Virus record (IMG/VR): IMGVR_UViG_3300029922_000004
Length of the DNA: 64,000 nt
Origin: a virus
Strand: one strand, 5' to 3'
The notes under the pieces were generated by a model that was given only the letters and a program-made list of their open reading frames with translations, did no database searches and was not told the origin of the DNA. Within the stretch, counting starts at the first letter, position 1. Every line of letters begins with the position of its first letter. The translations under genes and the position numbers were made by a program. Shown one piece after another: positions 47,151-56,120 of the stretch.

Positions 47151-47157
47151 ATTACAC
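47151..47157 (-). promoter_or_regulatory. GTGTAAT box (putative late promoter)
   Basis: 6 nt upstream of the first stem of the structured leader. Confidence 0.55.
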
Positions 47158-47172
47158 CTAATTTCATAAAAG

Positions 47173-48654
47173 TTATAAAGTTTCTTCAACTATTTCGGGT
47201 TTATCCGAAACTAAAAACTGAGCATTAGCACGAGCGATTGAATCTTTTAACGAGCCACATTCAGTTACTTTAAAATTCTTAATATCAAAATTTACAAAGT
47301 TATTTATATACTTTTTCTTTCCATCGGGAAAGACGCGTAAAATTTTGTCCTGATGGCCAGCGGCATCGCGCCCGCAGAATCTGTTGACCAAGCAAATTAA
47401 TTTGTGTGAACCTGATTCAATAGTGTCTAAAACTATTTCTTCCGAGACTCTCCTTCTTAAAATCCAAACTCCGCTAGAATACCATGTGATTCTGTCACTG
47501 ACCGCCACCGAACTCTCATCATCGTTTAAATCTTCTACGCTTTTATTACTCGTAATTCCTTGTCTGTTTGACTGCACAGCAGAAAGGACTGGACACTGTA
47601 ATTCTTCTGCGAGTTTCTTAAGGGCGTCGACTTTTTCGCCCATAAGGGCAAACTCTGATTGGTTGTAGCCTAATTTATCCAAAGCTTTAATATAATCAAA
47701 ACAAATCAAACATTTATTACCTCGACCCACTTTTTTTAAATACCATCTGCGGGCTATAGAAATTACTTGTTCTATCTTTTTATTGCCAATGGCGTAGTGG
47801 GTAACATTATATTCTGTTTTAATACCTTTTAAGGTGTCTCTTACTCTTTTAAGATAATCGGGATTCTTTCTAAAGTTCCCAGTTTCTATGAACCACATTG
47901 GAACTCCACTTTTTGCGGCTATCGTTCTAAATTGGACTTCTTCTGTCGATAATTCGGTGTCTAAAATTAGGACCGGACATTTATGCATCTTACTCATCTC
48001 ACTCGCTGTTTCGTCAATCCAATTACTTTTACCAGCCTTGGCTCTTGCAGCGATAATATATAGATTTCCGGCACGTAGACCCCCATACAATCTATTAAAT
48101 TCCGGGTATGGCGTCTGTAGGCCCGTTTCTTCAACGGGATTATTTCCCCTTTCCTCGACCAAATCTTCCATCCCATCAAACAAATCAACTTCACCATCTT
48201 CTACTGCAAATGAATTAATTTTTGCTCCGTAGATTCCATCAATTTCGGTTATCGTAGCTTCAAGCTCTTGGTTGACTGATTTTTTAATGTGGGATTGAAT
48301 CTCATTGCAAGTCCCATCTATTTCCCTTAAAACGCGGAGCTTGACTAATTCCTTACAAGCCTTAATCGTAGCGTCTTTTGTAAGAGGTGTAAAAGTTATG
48401 CTTTCGAGGTAAGAGAAAATATCAATTTCTCCTTTGAACGCTATCCCCAAATTCTTAATTTTCTGTGCCAGTAAAACCTTGTCAATTTTCTCATTTGCGA
48501 GATAAGAAGATTTTAGGACACTATAAATCGTACTATGCGGTTGAGCCACGAAGTCTTTCTCAGACATGAAAGATTCGACTTCTGCCAAGATATCGGGATT
48601 ATTTACAAGTCCAGAGAGAGCGTGGCGTTCAACTTGAATCGAAGATAGTGACAT
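47173..48654 (-). CDS. dnaB: Replicative DNA helicase DnaB
   Basis: IQVERHALSGL, TPYPEFNRLYGGLRAGNLYIIAARAKAGKS, LILDTEL, ICFDYIK, SAVQSNR. Confidence 0.93.
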   Translation of the reverse strand: MSLSSIQVERHALSGLVNNPDILAEVESFMSEKDFVAQPHSTIYSVLKSSYLANEKIDKVLLAQKIKNLGIAFKGEIDIFSYLESITFTPLTKDATIKACKELVKLRVLREIDGTCNEIQSHIKKSVNQELEATITEIDGIYGAKINSFAVEDGEVDLFDGMEDLVEERGNNPVEETGLQTPYPEFNRLYGGLRAGNLYIIAARAKAGKSNWIDETASEMSKMHKCPVLILDTELSTEEVQFRTIAAKSGVPMWFIETGNFRKNPDYLKRVRDTLKGIKTEYNVTHYAIGNKKIEQVISIARRWYLKKVGRGNKCLICFDYIKALDKLGYNQSEFALMGEKVDALKKLAEELQCPVLSAVQSNRQGITSNKSVEDLNDDESSVAVSDRITWYSSGVWILRRRVSEEIVLDTIESGSHKLICLVNRFCGRDAAGHQDKILRVFPDGKKKYINNFVNFDIKNFKVTECGSLKDSIARANAQFLVSDKPEIVEETL

Positions 48655-48663
48655 TTCCTAATA

Positions 48664-48693
48664 ACTATATCAGGATTTTCGGGAAAAGTCAAG
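48664..48693 (-). promoter_or_regulatory. Sigma70-type promoter
   Basis: C-TTGACT-17 nt (TTTCCCGAAAATCCTGA)-TATAGT, 9 nt before the ATG at 48654. Confidence 0.75.
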
Positions 48694-48695
48694 GA

Positions 48696-48989
48696 TTAAG
48701 CTTCCTTAAATTCTTCTTCCCCGTCTTCCGGCGGTTCCATACCCATCATAAACTCGGCCTTTTGACTTTCAACGCCCAAGTCTGAAATGGCTTTACTCCA
48801 CGCTCCGATGTGTTGTTGTAATGCCAAACAATGAGCGGGGGAATCAAAAGTAACGGCCTCTTCGGGATGCCCATGCTCCGAGTTAAAGTAGAAAACGATA
48901 AATCCGCCGACACAATGCTCGTTCAACTGGTCAAGAACTTCCTCTGGAATTCTGCCGTCGTTTTGCGGGGCTTGTTGTTCTTCTTTCAT
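48696..48989 (-). CDS. Hypothetical acidic protein
   Basis: 97 aa, preceded by a GTGTAAT box 7 nt before the ATG. Confidence 0.65.
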   Translation of the reverse strand: MKEEQQAPQNDGRIPEEVLDQLNEHCVGGFIVFYFNSEHGHPEEAVTFDSPAHCLALQQHIGAWSKAISDLGVESQKAEFMMGMEPPEDGEEEFKEA

Positions 48990-48996
48990 ACTAATA

Positions 48997-49003
48997 ATTA
49001 CAC
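48997..49003 (-). promoter_or_regulatory. GTGTAAT box (putative late promoter), with an extended -10 TGCTATAAT just upstream
   Basis: Minus strand reads CTGCTATAATAAAGTGTAATTATTAGTATG. Confidence 0.55.
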
Positions 49004-49049
49004 TTTATTATAGCAGAAAATATTCAGAAGTTATGGCGTAATTTACTCT

Positions 49050-49463
49050 TTACAAAGTAATATCAAATTTTTCTTTGAAGAAGGCGGGGGAAAGTTTGTC
49101 TACCTCATCATAATTGATTCTGACCAACTGAAATTCGTTCTTCTCAAGCCAAGCGTCTTTTTTTATATCATTTTTAATTGCGGCGAGATACTTAGAGGGG
49201 CTGTTGTTATGAAACCATCCCATCTCATTATGTTGCTGGCCGTCAATTTCAACTGCTATCTTTAGGGTAAGATTAACGATATCTACCTTCAATAAAGACC
49301 CGAAGGCAGGGAATTCTTCGTAGCAAAGCATATTAGACCAAAATGGCTTAAGAAATTGCTTCACATTAAACTGTAACTTCGACCGACTCTTACCGTCCCA
49401 ATCAATCAAATATTGGGAGACATTTTTATTAACTAATTTACCGTATGTATTATAGAGCCTCAT
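49050..49463 (-). CDS. Vsr/DUF559-like endonuclease
   Basis: YEEF...VDIVNLTLKIAVEIDGQQH...DIKKDAWLEKNEFQLVRI. Confidence 0.8.
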   Translation of the reverse strand: MRLYNTYGKLVNKNVSQYLIDWDGKSRSKLQFNVKQFLKPFWSNMLCYEEFPAFGSLLKVDIVNLTLKIAVEIDGQQHNEMGWFHNNSPSKYLAAIKNDIKKDAWLEKNEFQLVRINYDEVDKLSPAFFKEKFDITL

Positions 49464-51633
49464 TTGAAGTTGCTCCGGCCACTAATTTTTTAATTTTAGT
49501 ATATAGAAACTGTGATACTTTTGGGTTGGCTTCAAAAAGTTTTACGCATTTATCTTCGCCCTGTATCTTTTCGGGGAAATCGGGGTTAATCTCTCGAATT
49601 TCTTTAAGAACGGATGAATCAAATTCAATCCAAGAACCCTTGCTTTTTAACATTTGATAAAACAAACCCAAATCATACAATTCTTTTTCAACCCATATTG
49701 AGTTTCCGGCTTCACGCCCATAGATAATAGGATACCTTACTGTCTCTCCCGTTGTCTCGTTGGTCGTTTTTTGTAGTCGTATAATGCAGTTATGTCCAAT
49801 CTTTTTGCTTTTATACATTTCGCCGTCCCAAAACATGTCAATCTGACCATTCTGAACTGGTAGAAATTCAAAAGCCCAAGAAGCGGCGTGTTCAAGACTC
49901 CTTCCGCCGGAGGTCTTCATTTGTTTCCAAGCGGCTTGCTGTTTCCCAATTTGAACTGTATCTCGAAATTGAGAAATCATTATGGTCGTGTGGCCAAGTC
50001 GCGGCAATAAGATATTAAAACATTTAAAAAAATGTGAAGTAATAGCCGTAATTCCGCCTTTTTGAGAAGACTCTCCAAAGTCAACGTCGAAAGCCGCTCT
50101 AGGGGCAAAATTATCCATCGAGTCCAGAACAAAAATGTATTGTTTATCTGTAAAATATTTTCCGCCTGAACCGATTAATCCTTTAATTGTGTTGCAAACG
50201 GTCTCATATTCGCGGGTACGAATAATATAACAGGTCCCATCTTCCCAATCCTCTAGTTTATCCACAAATTTTACCCCACATCTTTCAAGAAGGTTTTCGC
50301 TAAGGTCTTTATCTGAAAGAAAGTAAACTCCACGCCGATTTTTTTCTGAAAGAAATATTTTAGCGACATTTAGGGAAAATGAAGTATTATGGGTAAGATT
50401 AAATCCCTCGGTTAGGTAAAGATTATCTGGTGAGTCAACTTGAATACAGACGCATTCTTTTTCTCCGGCGGGTTGGATGTCTACTATCAGTTTTTCGGAT
50501 TCAAAAATTCTATTTTGATAGAGATTTTTTTTGCGTTCGAGAATAAAGGGACAAAAATTTGAAAAACTCATTCTAACTCTGTAACTTATATGACCTTTCT
50601 TTTTGATTCCTTTATGAGTAAAGGATGTAATTCTGCTTTTGTAAGTGGCTCGCCCTCCTAAACTTCTTACTAAAAAGACTACTTGTTCTGCTAATTTAAT
50701 GGATGTCGAAGAAAATTCCGCTCCACTATTTTTATCTGGCCGAGTATTATTGCCATCGGTATCCATTAATCCCTGTAGAATTTTTTTTCTGTTGAGAATA
50801 GAGGAGTATAAGTAAGTTTCAGGAATAAACTTATCATAAGACAACTTACCCCATAATCCCATCTCGGTAAGGGTATTTCTTAATTTCGGGGAATAGATAT
50901 AATATTCGTATCTCCTTGTTTTTCCTATTTTTTTAATTCTTTTATCAGAGAATTTAAGTCTCTTGTCTATCTCGTTCAACAATTGTTGGTCAGCCGTAGT
51001 ATATGAAACCTCATTCTTCCTTCTAAAAGAACCGTCTCCAAGCAATAACCCTAATACATATGGGTCTATTGGTAGTTTTTCATTTTGGGTTTTAAACTCG
51101 ACAGCCTTAACATAAGGAATGGAATGATTTTTATGGTCGCCTATTTTTAACGTTTGCTTAAGAAAGCCGGTCGTCTTTACTGAACCTTTTTTATTTCGCT
51201 CTCTGTCATTTTGGTTTCTGGTCAGCCACAGATGCTCATCGCAACAATAAACCTCTGTATAGTCTTCAAATATAACCTTATTAATTTTTTTTATCCCTTG
51301 GGGGAAAATATTAAGAACTTGTTTTGCTTTCCCATCGGAACCAATAACAAGACAGCTCTGTTTCAAATCCCCGATTGATTTCCATCCATAGGGGGTCATT
51401 ACTTTACTATCAATCGGCTGTGCTTTACCTGCTTCGGCTGGACCCGCGCAACGGACAATGGTGTTATGCAACCCCCCGCCGAGTTGTAGGTCGAATTTAA
51501 GGCTACCAGTTGATATTTCGTATGACTGAGGCTCAATGTCGTTGAAGTGGCCGTTTTTGTCGAGAACGGCTTGCATCCTTGCTTGTTGTGAATCTGTTTT
51601 TTCTTCTGGTTTTTGTATTTTTTCTTTTGCCAT
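49450..51633 (-). CDS. recA: RecA/UvsX recombinase with intein
   Basis: ISTGSLKFDLQLGGGL...GPAEAGK|intein|TSF; IFVLDS; ISQFR; TSGGRSLEHAAS. Confidence 0.9.
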   Translation of the reverse strand: MAKEKIQKPEEKTDSQQARMQAVLDKNGHFNDIEPQSYEISTGSLKFDLQLGGGLHNTIVRCAGPAEAGKAQPIDSKVMTPYGWKSIGDLKQSCLVIGSDGKAKQVLNIFPQGIKKINKVIFEDYTEVYCCDEHLWLTRNQNDRERNKKGSVKTTGFLKQTLKIGDHKNHSIPYVKAVEFKTQNEKLPIDPYVLGLLLGDGSFRRKNEVSYTTADQQLLNEIDKRLKFSDKRIKKIGKTRRYEYYIYSPKLRNTLTEMGLWGKLSYDKFIPETYLYSSILNRKKILQGLMDTDGNNTRPDKNSGAEFSSTSIKLAEQVVFLVRSLGGRATYKSRITSFTHKGIKKKGHISYRVRMSFSNFCPFILERKKNLYQNRIFESEKLIVDIQPAGEKECVCIQVDSPDNLYLTEGFNLTHNTSFSLNVAKIFLSEKNRRGVYFLSDKDLSENLLERCGVKFVDKLEDWEDGTCYIIRTREYETVCNTIKGLIGSGGKYFTDKQYIFVLDSMDNFAPRAAFDVDFGESSQKGGITAITSHFFKCFNILLPRLGHTTIMISQFRDTVQIGKQQAAWKQMKTSGGRSLEHAASWAFEFLPVQNGQIDMFWDGEMYKSKKIGHNCIIRLQKTTNETTGETVRYPIIYGREAGNSIWVEKELYDLGLFYQMLKSKGSWIEFDSSVLKEIREINPDFPEKIQGEDKCVKLFEANPKVSQFLYTKIKKLVAGATSNEAL
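50386..51423 (-). mobile_element. Class 3 (Ala-start, WCT) LAGLIDADG intein, 346 aa, in the RecA P-loop
   Basis: Starts AQPIDSKVMTP; block B EHLW; LGLLLGDG and LQGLMDTDG; block F CVCIQV; ends LTHN|T. Confidence 0.92.
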
Positions 51634-51636
51634 AAA

Positions 51637-51861
51637 TTAATATTGTATCTTTGTATGTTTATGCGGCGGATTTTCGTAAAGTAACTCTTCAATACGCGAT
51701 AGTCTCTCTTCGGGAGTCAGGCCCTTTAAACCGGACAAAAACTGACGCTTGGCTTTATTGTATTTCTTCCAGCGACAGTCTTGACAGACTCCGCTTCCAT
51801 CAACAACCTCGTATTTGTCTTTTTCGCATTCCAAGCAGGTCAATGTTGTGATTAGAGCCAT
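51637..51861 (-). CDS. Small zinc-finger protein
   Basis: CLEC...CQDC. Confidence 0.6.
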   Translation of the reverse strand: MALITTLTCLECEKDKYEVVDGSGVCQDCRWKKYNKAKRQFLSGLKGLTPEERLSRIEELLYENPPHKHTKIQY

Positions 51862-51864
51862 AAA

Positions 51865-52254
51865 TTACATTACCGATGTCTGATACATGCCAAGAAAATC
51901 CTTCAACGTGCGCGGCTTTTTCTCAATTATAACGTCTTCGCCGATTTTGGTGTTTTCGAGGGGGATGGATTCAATTTTCGGGGAGAAATCACTTGTTGAT
52001 TTTTTATAATTATAAAACGCTTCCTGTAGGTATTGCTGGCCGTAATCCGCGATGAAATATGCGAGAGACGGAACCCTTTTGCCGTAGGGTGGAATCGCCG
52101 CCAATAAAAACTGCAAATCGTAAGTCTTAATGAGCTTTGAAGCAATTTTCATTTCGCGAGGCCAGAACCCCTTGTCCGAAAAACGCTCAGAATCAACGAA
52201 TTTGTTGATTAGAATTTGCGGGTTGCTGAGTTTGCGACCGGATTTGCTTAACAT
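51865..52254 (-). CDS. Hypothetical protein
   Basis: 129 aa with its own sigma70 promoter 7 nt before the ATG. Confidence 0.65.
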   Translation of the reverse strand: MLSKSGRKLSNPQILINKFVDSERFSDKGFWPREMKIASKLIKTYDLQFLLAAIPPYGKRVPSLAYFIADYGQQYLQEAFYNYKKSTSDFSPKIESIPLENTKIGEDVIIEKKPRTLKDFLGMYQTSVM

Positions 52255-52261
52255 ACCTCTA

Positions 52262-52291
52262 ATATTAGGGTATTTTTAAGATTTTGTCAAG
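52262..52291 (-). promoter_or_regulatory. Sigma70-type promoter
   Basis: C-TTGACA-17 nt (AAATCTTAAAAATACCC)-TAATAT. Confidence 0.7.
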
Positions 52292-53337
52292 TTAAAAACG
52301 TCGGGGCGTTTGGGATTTAACCCTTGTTCAAGCTGATAGTCAAAATCACACATGAGGTCAATGTGCTGTTTGAACGAGATTCTTTCGGGAATCCAGCCGA
52401 GTTTTTGTTGGGCTTTGGTTGAATCCGCGACAAGACGAACCACTTCATTTGGCCGAAGCAGCGTTTTATCAAATTCAACATAGTCATGCCAATCAAGATT
52501 AAAATGTTTAAATGCCAAATCTACATAACTGGTTCCCCAATTCGCGATTCCATTGCCTAGGACGTAATTTTCTGGTTTCTCTTGCTGTAACATTTGCCAC
52601 ATACCCTCACAAGAAAAGTCCGCCCAACTTTCGTCTCTAGCCCACTCTAAATGTCCTAGTTTTAGTTTATCCTGCTTTCCGAGCGCAATTCTAGCTGCTG
52701 TATTGGTAATTTTTTTGACAGCAAAGTCCAGAGTTCTTTCACAATTGGAGTGATTCCCCAAAATACCCACACAACAAAACATACCTATATCGGTAGAATC
52801 GCGATAGAAATTCATCCATCTTGCCCCTAACTCTTTCCCAATTGAATATGCACTTCTAGGATTCCAAGGGGTATTTTCATTAAATGACCCGCTTTCTATC
52901 CCGCCAATTAGTTCGCTGGTTCCCGCGAAATACGTTCGAGTGCTGGGGCTAAAATTCTTAAGACATTCAAGAAAAAAATATACGCTCTGACCATTAACTA
53001 AAATACATAATTCTTTATTTTTGAAAGACTCTCCGACGTGTGAATTGGCTGCAAGAAGATATAACTCATCAATCCTACTGTGTCTTTTAAGTGTTGACTT
53101 AAGACATTCATTGACGCTATTCTGGTCAGAGATGTCACATGGCTCAAAATATAGTTCGGAATTTGGATATTTAGTCAACTCATCTTGAAAAAGAGATTTC
53201 ATTTTACTGATATCCCAATATGTGCTACGCCTATAGGTTAAAATAACTTTATAATCTTTACTTAACAAAAGTCTTGTTAAAGCTTTCGCGTCCATACCAT
53301 TTGCACCAGTTATAAGGGCTATATTATTCATTTTCAT
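52276..53337 (-). CDS. gmd: GDP-mannose 4,6-dehydratase (divergent)
   Basis: ALITGANGMD, YLLAANSHVGESF, GTSELIG, PRSAYSIGK, LKLGHLEWARD, LLRPNEVVRLVADSTKAQQKLGW. Confidence 0.85.
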   Translation of the reverse strand: MKMNNIALITGANGMDAKALTRLLLSKDYKVILTYRRSTYWDISKMKSLFQDELTKYPNSELYFEPCDISDQNSVNECLKSTLKRHSRIDELYLLAANSHVGESFKNKELCILVNGQSVYFFLECLKNFSPSTRTYFAGTSELIGGIESGSFNENTPWNPRSAYSIGKELGARWMNFYRDSTDIGMFCCVGILGNHSNCERTLDFAVKKITNTAARIALGKQDKLKLGHLEWARDESWADFSCEGMWQMLQQEKPENYVLGNGIANWGTSYVDLAFKHFNLDWHDYVEFDKTLLRPNEVVRLVADSTKAQQKLGWIPERISFKQHIDLMCDFDYQLEQGLNPKRPDVFNLTKS

Positions 53338-53348
53338 GTATCATTATA

Positions 53349-53963
53349 TTAGACGATTAGAGGGATTTTATCCAAAAAACTTTTATTTACATACCAATCC
53401 TCAAACGGAAGTCCTCGCGGGTCTTTTGCATCATCAACAATTCTCATAAATCCCCTGTTAGTTAGTAGTTCGAAAAGCTGGTTCTTCTTTTCGGGGCCGT
53501 CTTTGTAAGAGTTGTGCTCAATCGTAAGCAGGGTTACGTTCCACTTATTAAACGGAAAATCTTTCAAGGCTCGGTATTCACAACCCTCGATATCCACGGA
53601 CATATAATCAATATTTAGGGGCGCGTTATTGGCCGTCAGAAGGTTATCCAAGGTATCGCAATCTACGAGATGACGGTTAGGAGTTTCAGAAACGGTGTCT
53701 TCCCCGAAGTAAATCGTTCCCTTATAATCCATCACCGCGACTTTAAGATTGACGCTTTTGCGGTTGGCGGCGAGTTTGTCAAAGATGTGAGGCGCGGGTT
53801 CGATGCAGATACCCTTCCATCCGAGTTCTTTTTCGACGAAGTAAGTGTTGCTGGATTCTATTCCGTCATACGCGCCGATTTCAACGAAGTATCCGTCTTT
53901 CTTAAAGTCAAGAATTTCGCATACCCACTTATCTTGTTCGGCCTGTGAGTAGTATTGTGTCAT
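53349..53963 (-). CDS. FkbM-family methyltransferase
   Basis: YSQAEQD, YFVEIGAYDGIESSNT, GICIEP, IDYMSVDIEGCE, LTIEHN. ATG at 53963 forms an ATGA overlap. Confidence 0.88.
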   Translation of the reverse strand: MTQYYSQAEQDKWVCEILDFKKDGYFVEIGAYDGIESSNTYFVEKELGWKGICIEPAPHIFDKLAANRKSVNLKVAVMDYKGTIYFGEDTVSETPNRHLVDCDTLDNLLTANNAPLNIDYMSVDIEGCEYRALKDFPFNKWNVTLLTIEHNSYKDGPEKKNQLFELLTNRGFMRIVDDAKDPRGLPFEDWYVNKSFLDKIPLIV

Positions 53964-55186
53964 TGCTTTCCAATAATCTGAAATTCGGGACAAGGTATGA
54001 TAAACTTGCCACCCCTATCTAAGAACTCCTTTTCTCGTTCGACGAATTCCTTGACGAACGGCCAAGCAATCATTAAAAGATAGTCCGGCTTTCTCGCGCG
54101 AGCTTCATCTTCGGAGATAATCGGAATGTTTGACCCGACTGTAACCAAGCCATATTTATAAGGAGAACGTTCAGCGATGAAATCAATCAAAGTTTCATCC
54201 AAGCCGTAAACTTGTAACATGGTGTTACCCTTTGTACTTGCTGCATACGCGCCAACAATTTTCCCCTTGGCTCTTTCGGCTTTAATAAATGAAACTGTTT
54301 CATGTTTTAATTTTTGGATTTGGTCTCCAAACTTCTTCCATGAGTCAAGATTAGTCATGTCAGCATGGGTATTTTCGTAAGTAATGAGGGAATCAATGCG
54401 ATAATCATAAACTGCTCGTGCGGGCGCGGTAGAAAACGAGGTAACATTACGTTCTTTTCTTTGAAAATAAACTCGAACACTGCCGCCATTAACGTCATTT
54501 AAGTTCGCATCAACAATGACCATTCCGTGTTTTTCGAATAATTTTTTTAAACTATTTAAAGAATAGTAATAATAATGCTCCATTCCAATATTGTCATAGG
54601 CCATTTGTTGAAGCATTAGCGGAGAATACGATAATTGTATAATAAAAACGCCATCATCTTCCAAAATTTTCTTAATTTCTTCAATAAAGTCACCCGGCTT
54701 TTGCAAATCATAAAACATAGCAATACAAGTAATAACCTTTGCTTTTTGACTATATCCTGCTTTGGCGTAGATATCTGCACTAAAATAATCTTGAATAACT
54801 TTATCTGCTACTTTTGAAGACTCTGCCAGATAGGTGTCATCGGCGGGGTCGACACCAATTTTAATAAATTCACTTGGAATAAATTTAAACATCGTTCCAT
54901 CGTTGCAAGCAATATCCAGCCATATATCGCCTTTCTTATATTTAATCCTACTGCAAATTTCATCGACAATATTCTTAAGGGCGTCTCTCATTGTCTGATT
55001 AATACCGGACCTATACCAATATTCTCCCCACATTTCGCTGGCTGGCGGCTGTTCTGTAAGATGCGCGGCTCCTATTTCTTCGTCCAATACCAAGTCGTAA
55101 GAGTATTTCGGCCAGTTGATATAATCCGCTTTGCTCTTTACGAAGCCAGAGTTGTAAAATTTGCCGAGTTCAAGAAGTTTTTTCAT
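53960..55186 (-). CDS. NDP-hexose 3-C-methyltransferase-like protein
   Basis: YWYRSGINQTM, WLDIACNDG, IAMFYDL, EHYYYYSL, NGGSVR, YAASTKGNTMLQ, KYG...GSNIPIISE, PDYLLMIAWPF. ATG at 55186 preferred. Confidence 0.88.
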   Translation of the reverse strand: MKKLLELGKFYNSGFVKSKADYINWPKYSYDLVLDEEIGAAHLTEQPPASEMWGEYWYRSGINQTMRDALKNIVDEICSRIKYKKGDIWLDIACNDGTMFKFIPSEFIKIGVDPADDTYLAESSKVADKVIQDYFSADIYAKAGYSQKAKVITCIAMFYDLQKPGDFIEEIKKILEDDGVFIIQLSYSPLMLQQMAYDNIGMEHYYYYSLNSLKKLFEKHGMVIVDANLNDVNGGSVRVYFQRKERNVTSFSTAPARAVYDYRIDSLITYENTHADMTNLDSWKKFGDQIQKLKHETVSFIKAERAKGKIVGAYAASTKGNTMLQVYGLDETLIDFIAERSPYKYGLVTVGSNIPIISEDEARARKPDYLLMIAWPFVKEFVEREKEFLDRGGKFIIPCPEFQIIGKQ

Positions 55187-55193
55187 GCTATTA

Positions 55194-56120
55194 TTATATT
55201 CTTTCAAGGACATTTTCAATATGTTTTGTGAAATTTTCATGGCTCCAAGCGTCGTAGAGCGGTTGAAGCGGCGCGAAACCATTTTTAATTATTTCCTTAA
55301 GGGGTGTTTCTTCCACACAAATCGAGGGTTTTACGCGATTTATATGGGAAAACATGCTGCTTTTACAGATGGCGATTGGCTTTCTTACTGATAAAAAGTA
55401 ATCCGTCACACCGGAAATTCCGTTGTAATTATCGTAATACTGGTAGAGGTAAATATTTAAATCATTCCCCGCCAAAAACGTCAAAAGCCCATCGTCATCC
55501 AAAAATTCTTCACTGAAAACGAGATTGATATAGGGTCTAGTGATGAGGCTGCGACACTCGGCTTTAATCTCTTCCAGTTCGTTCTTATTGGGAATAAAAT
55601 GCGAAAGAGTCATATGCATTTTCAAATCCACGGGTTCATAAATTTGCGCGTTTACTAATTTACAAATATCCTGAAAACGCTTCACCTTAAATCCGAAACC
55701 GAAGGTTCCTATGGTTAATTTGCCATTCGGCGGGAGAGTTTTATCCCACTTAAATAAAGGTCGCGGGAGCGCGTAATTATTTCCATTTTCCGGGTATTCG
55801 GGGATTTGATGTAAGTAAAAATCGAAGACGTGAGCGTATCCTACATTGTGAACTAATAGTCCTTGCTTAATACCTTTCGCGCGGCAGTAGTTTAACTCAT
55901 AAGCCCCGAACCAAGGCATAGTATCAGGGAGATAATTGTAGATTATAATGTCGGGTTTGAGTTCATTAACTTGAGTTCGAAAGTTGAGTTTGTCGTATGG
56001 CTCATAATAGAATCCGCGATAATTGACTGAGGTTTTGGCAAAAATATTTCCTACCCTTTTTCCGAATTGATACACTCCACACGCTTTTTCGCGATGGTTA
56101 ATAAAAAGTACTGTTTTCAT
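55194..56120 (-). CDS. Glycosyltransferase-like protein (GT-B)
   Basis: CGVYQFG, IGTFGFG, FLAGNDLNIYLY, GISGVTDYFLSVRKPIAI; located in the sugar cluster. Confidence 0.55.
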   Translation of the reverse strand: MKTVLFINHREKACGVYQFGKRVGNIFAKTSVNYRGFYYEPYDKLNFRTQVNELKPDIIIYNYLPDTMPWFGAYELNYCRAKGIKQGLLVHNVGYAHVFDFYLHQIPEYPENGNNYALPRPLFKWDKTLPPNGKLTIGTFGFGFKVKRFQDICKLVNAQIYEPVDLKMHMTLSHFIPNKNELEEIKAECRSLITRPYINLVFSEEFLDDDGLLTFLAGNDLNIYLYQYYDNYNGISGVTDYFLSVRKPIAICKSSMFSHINRVKPSICVEETPLKEIIKNGFAPLQPLYDAWSHENFTKHIENVLERI

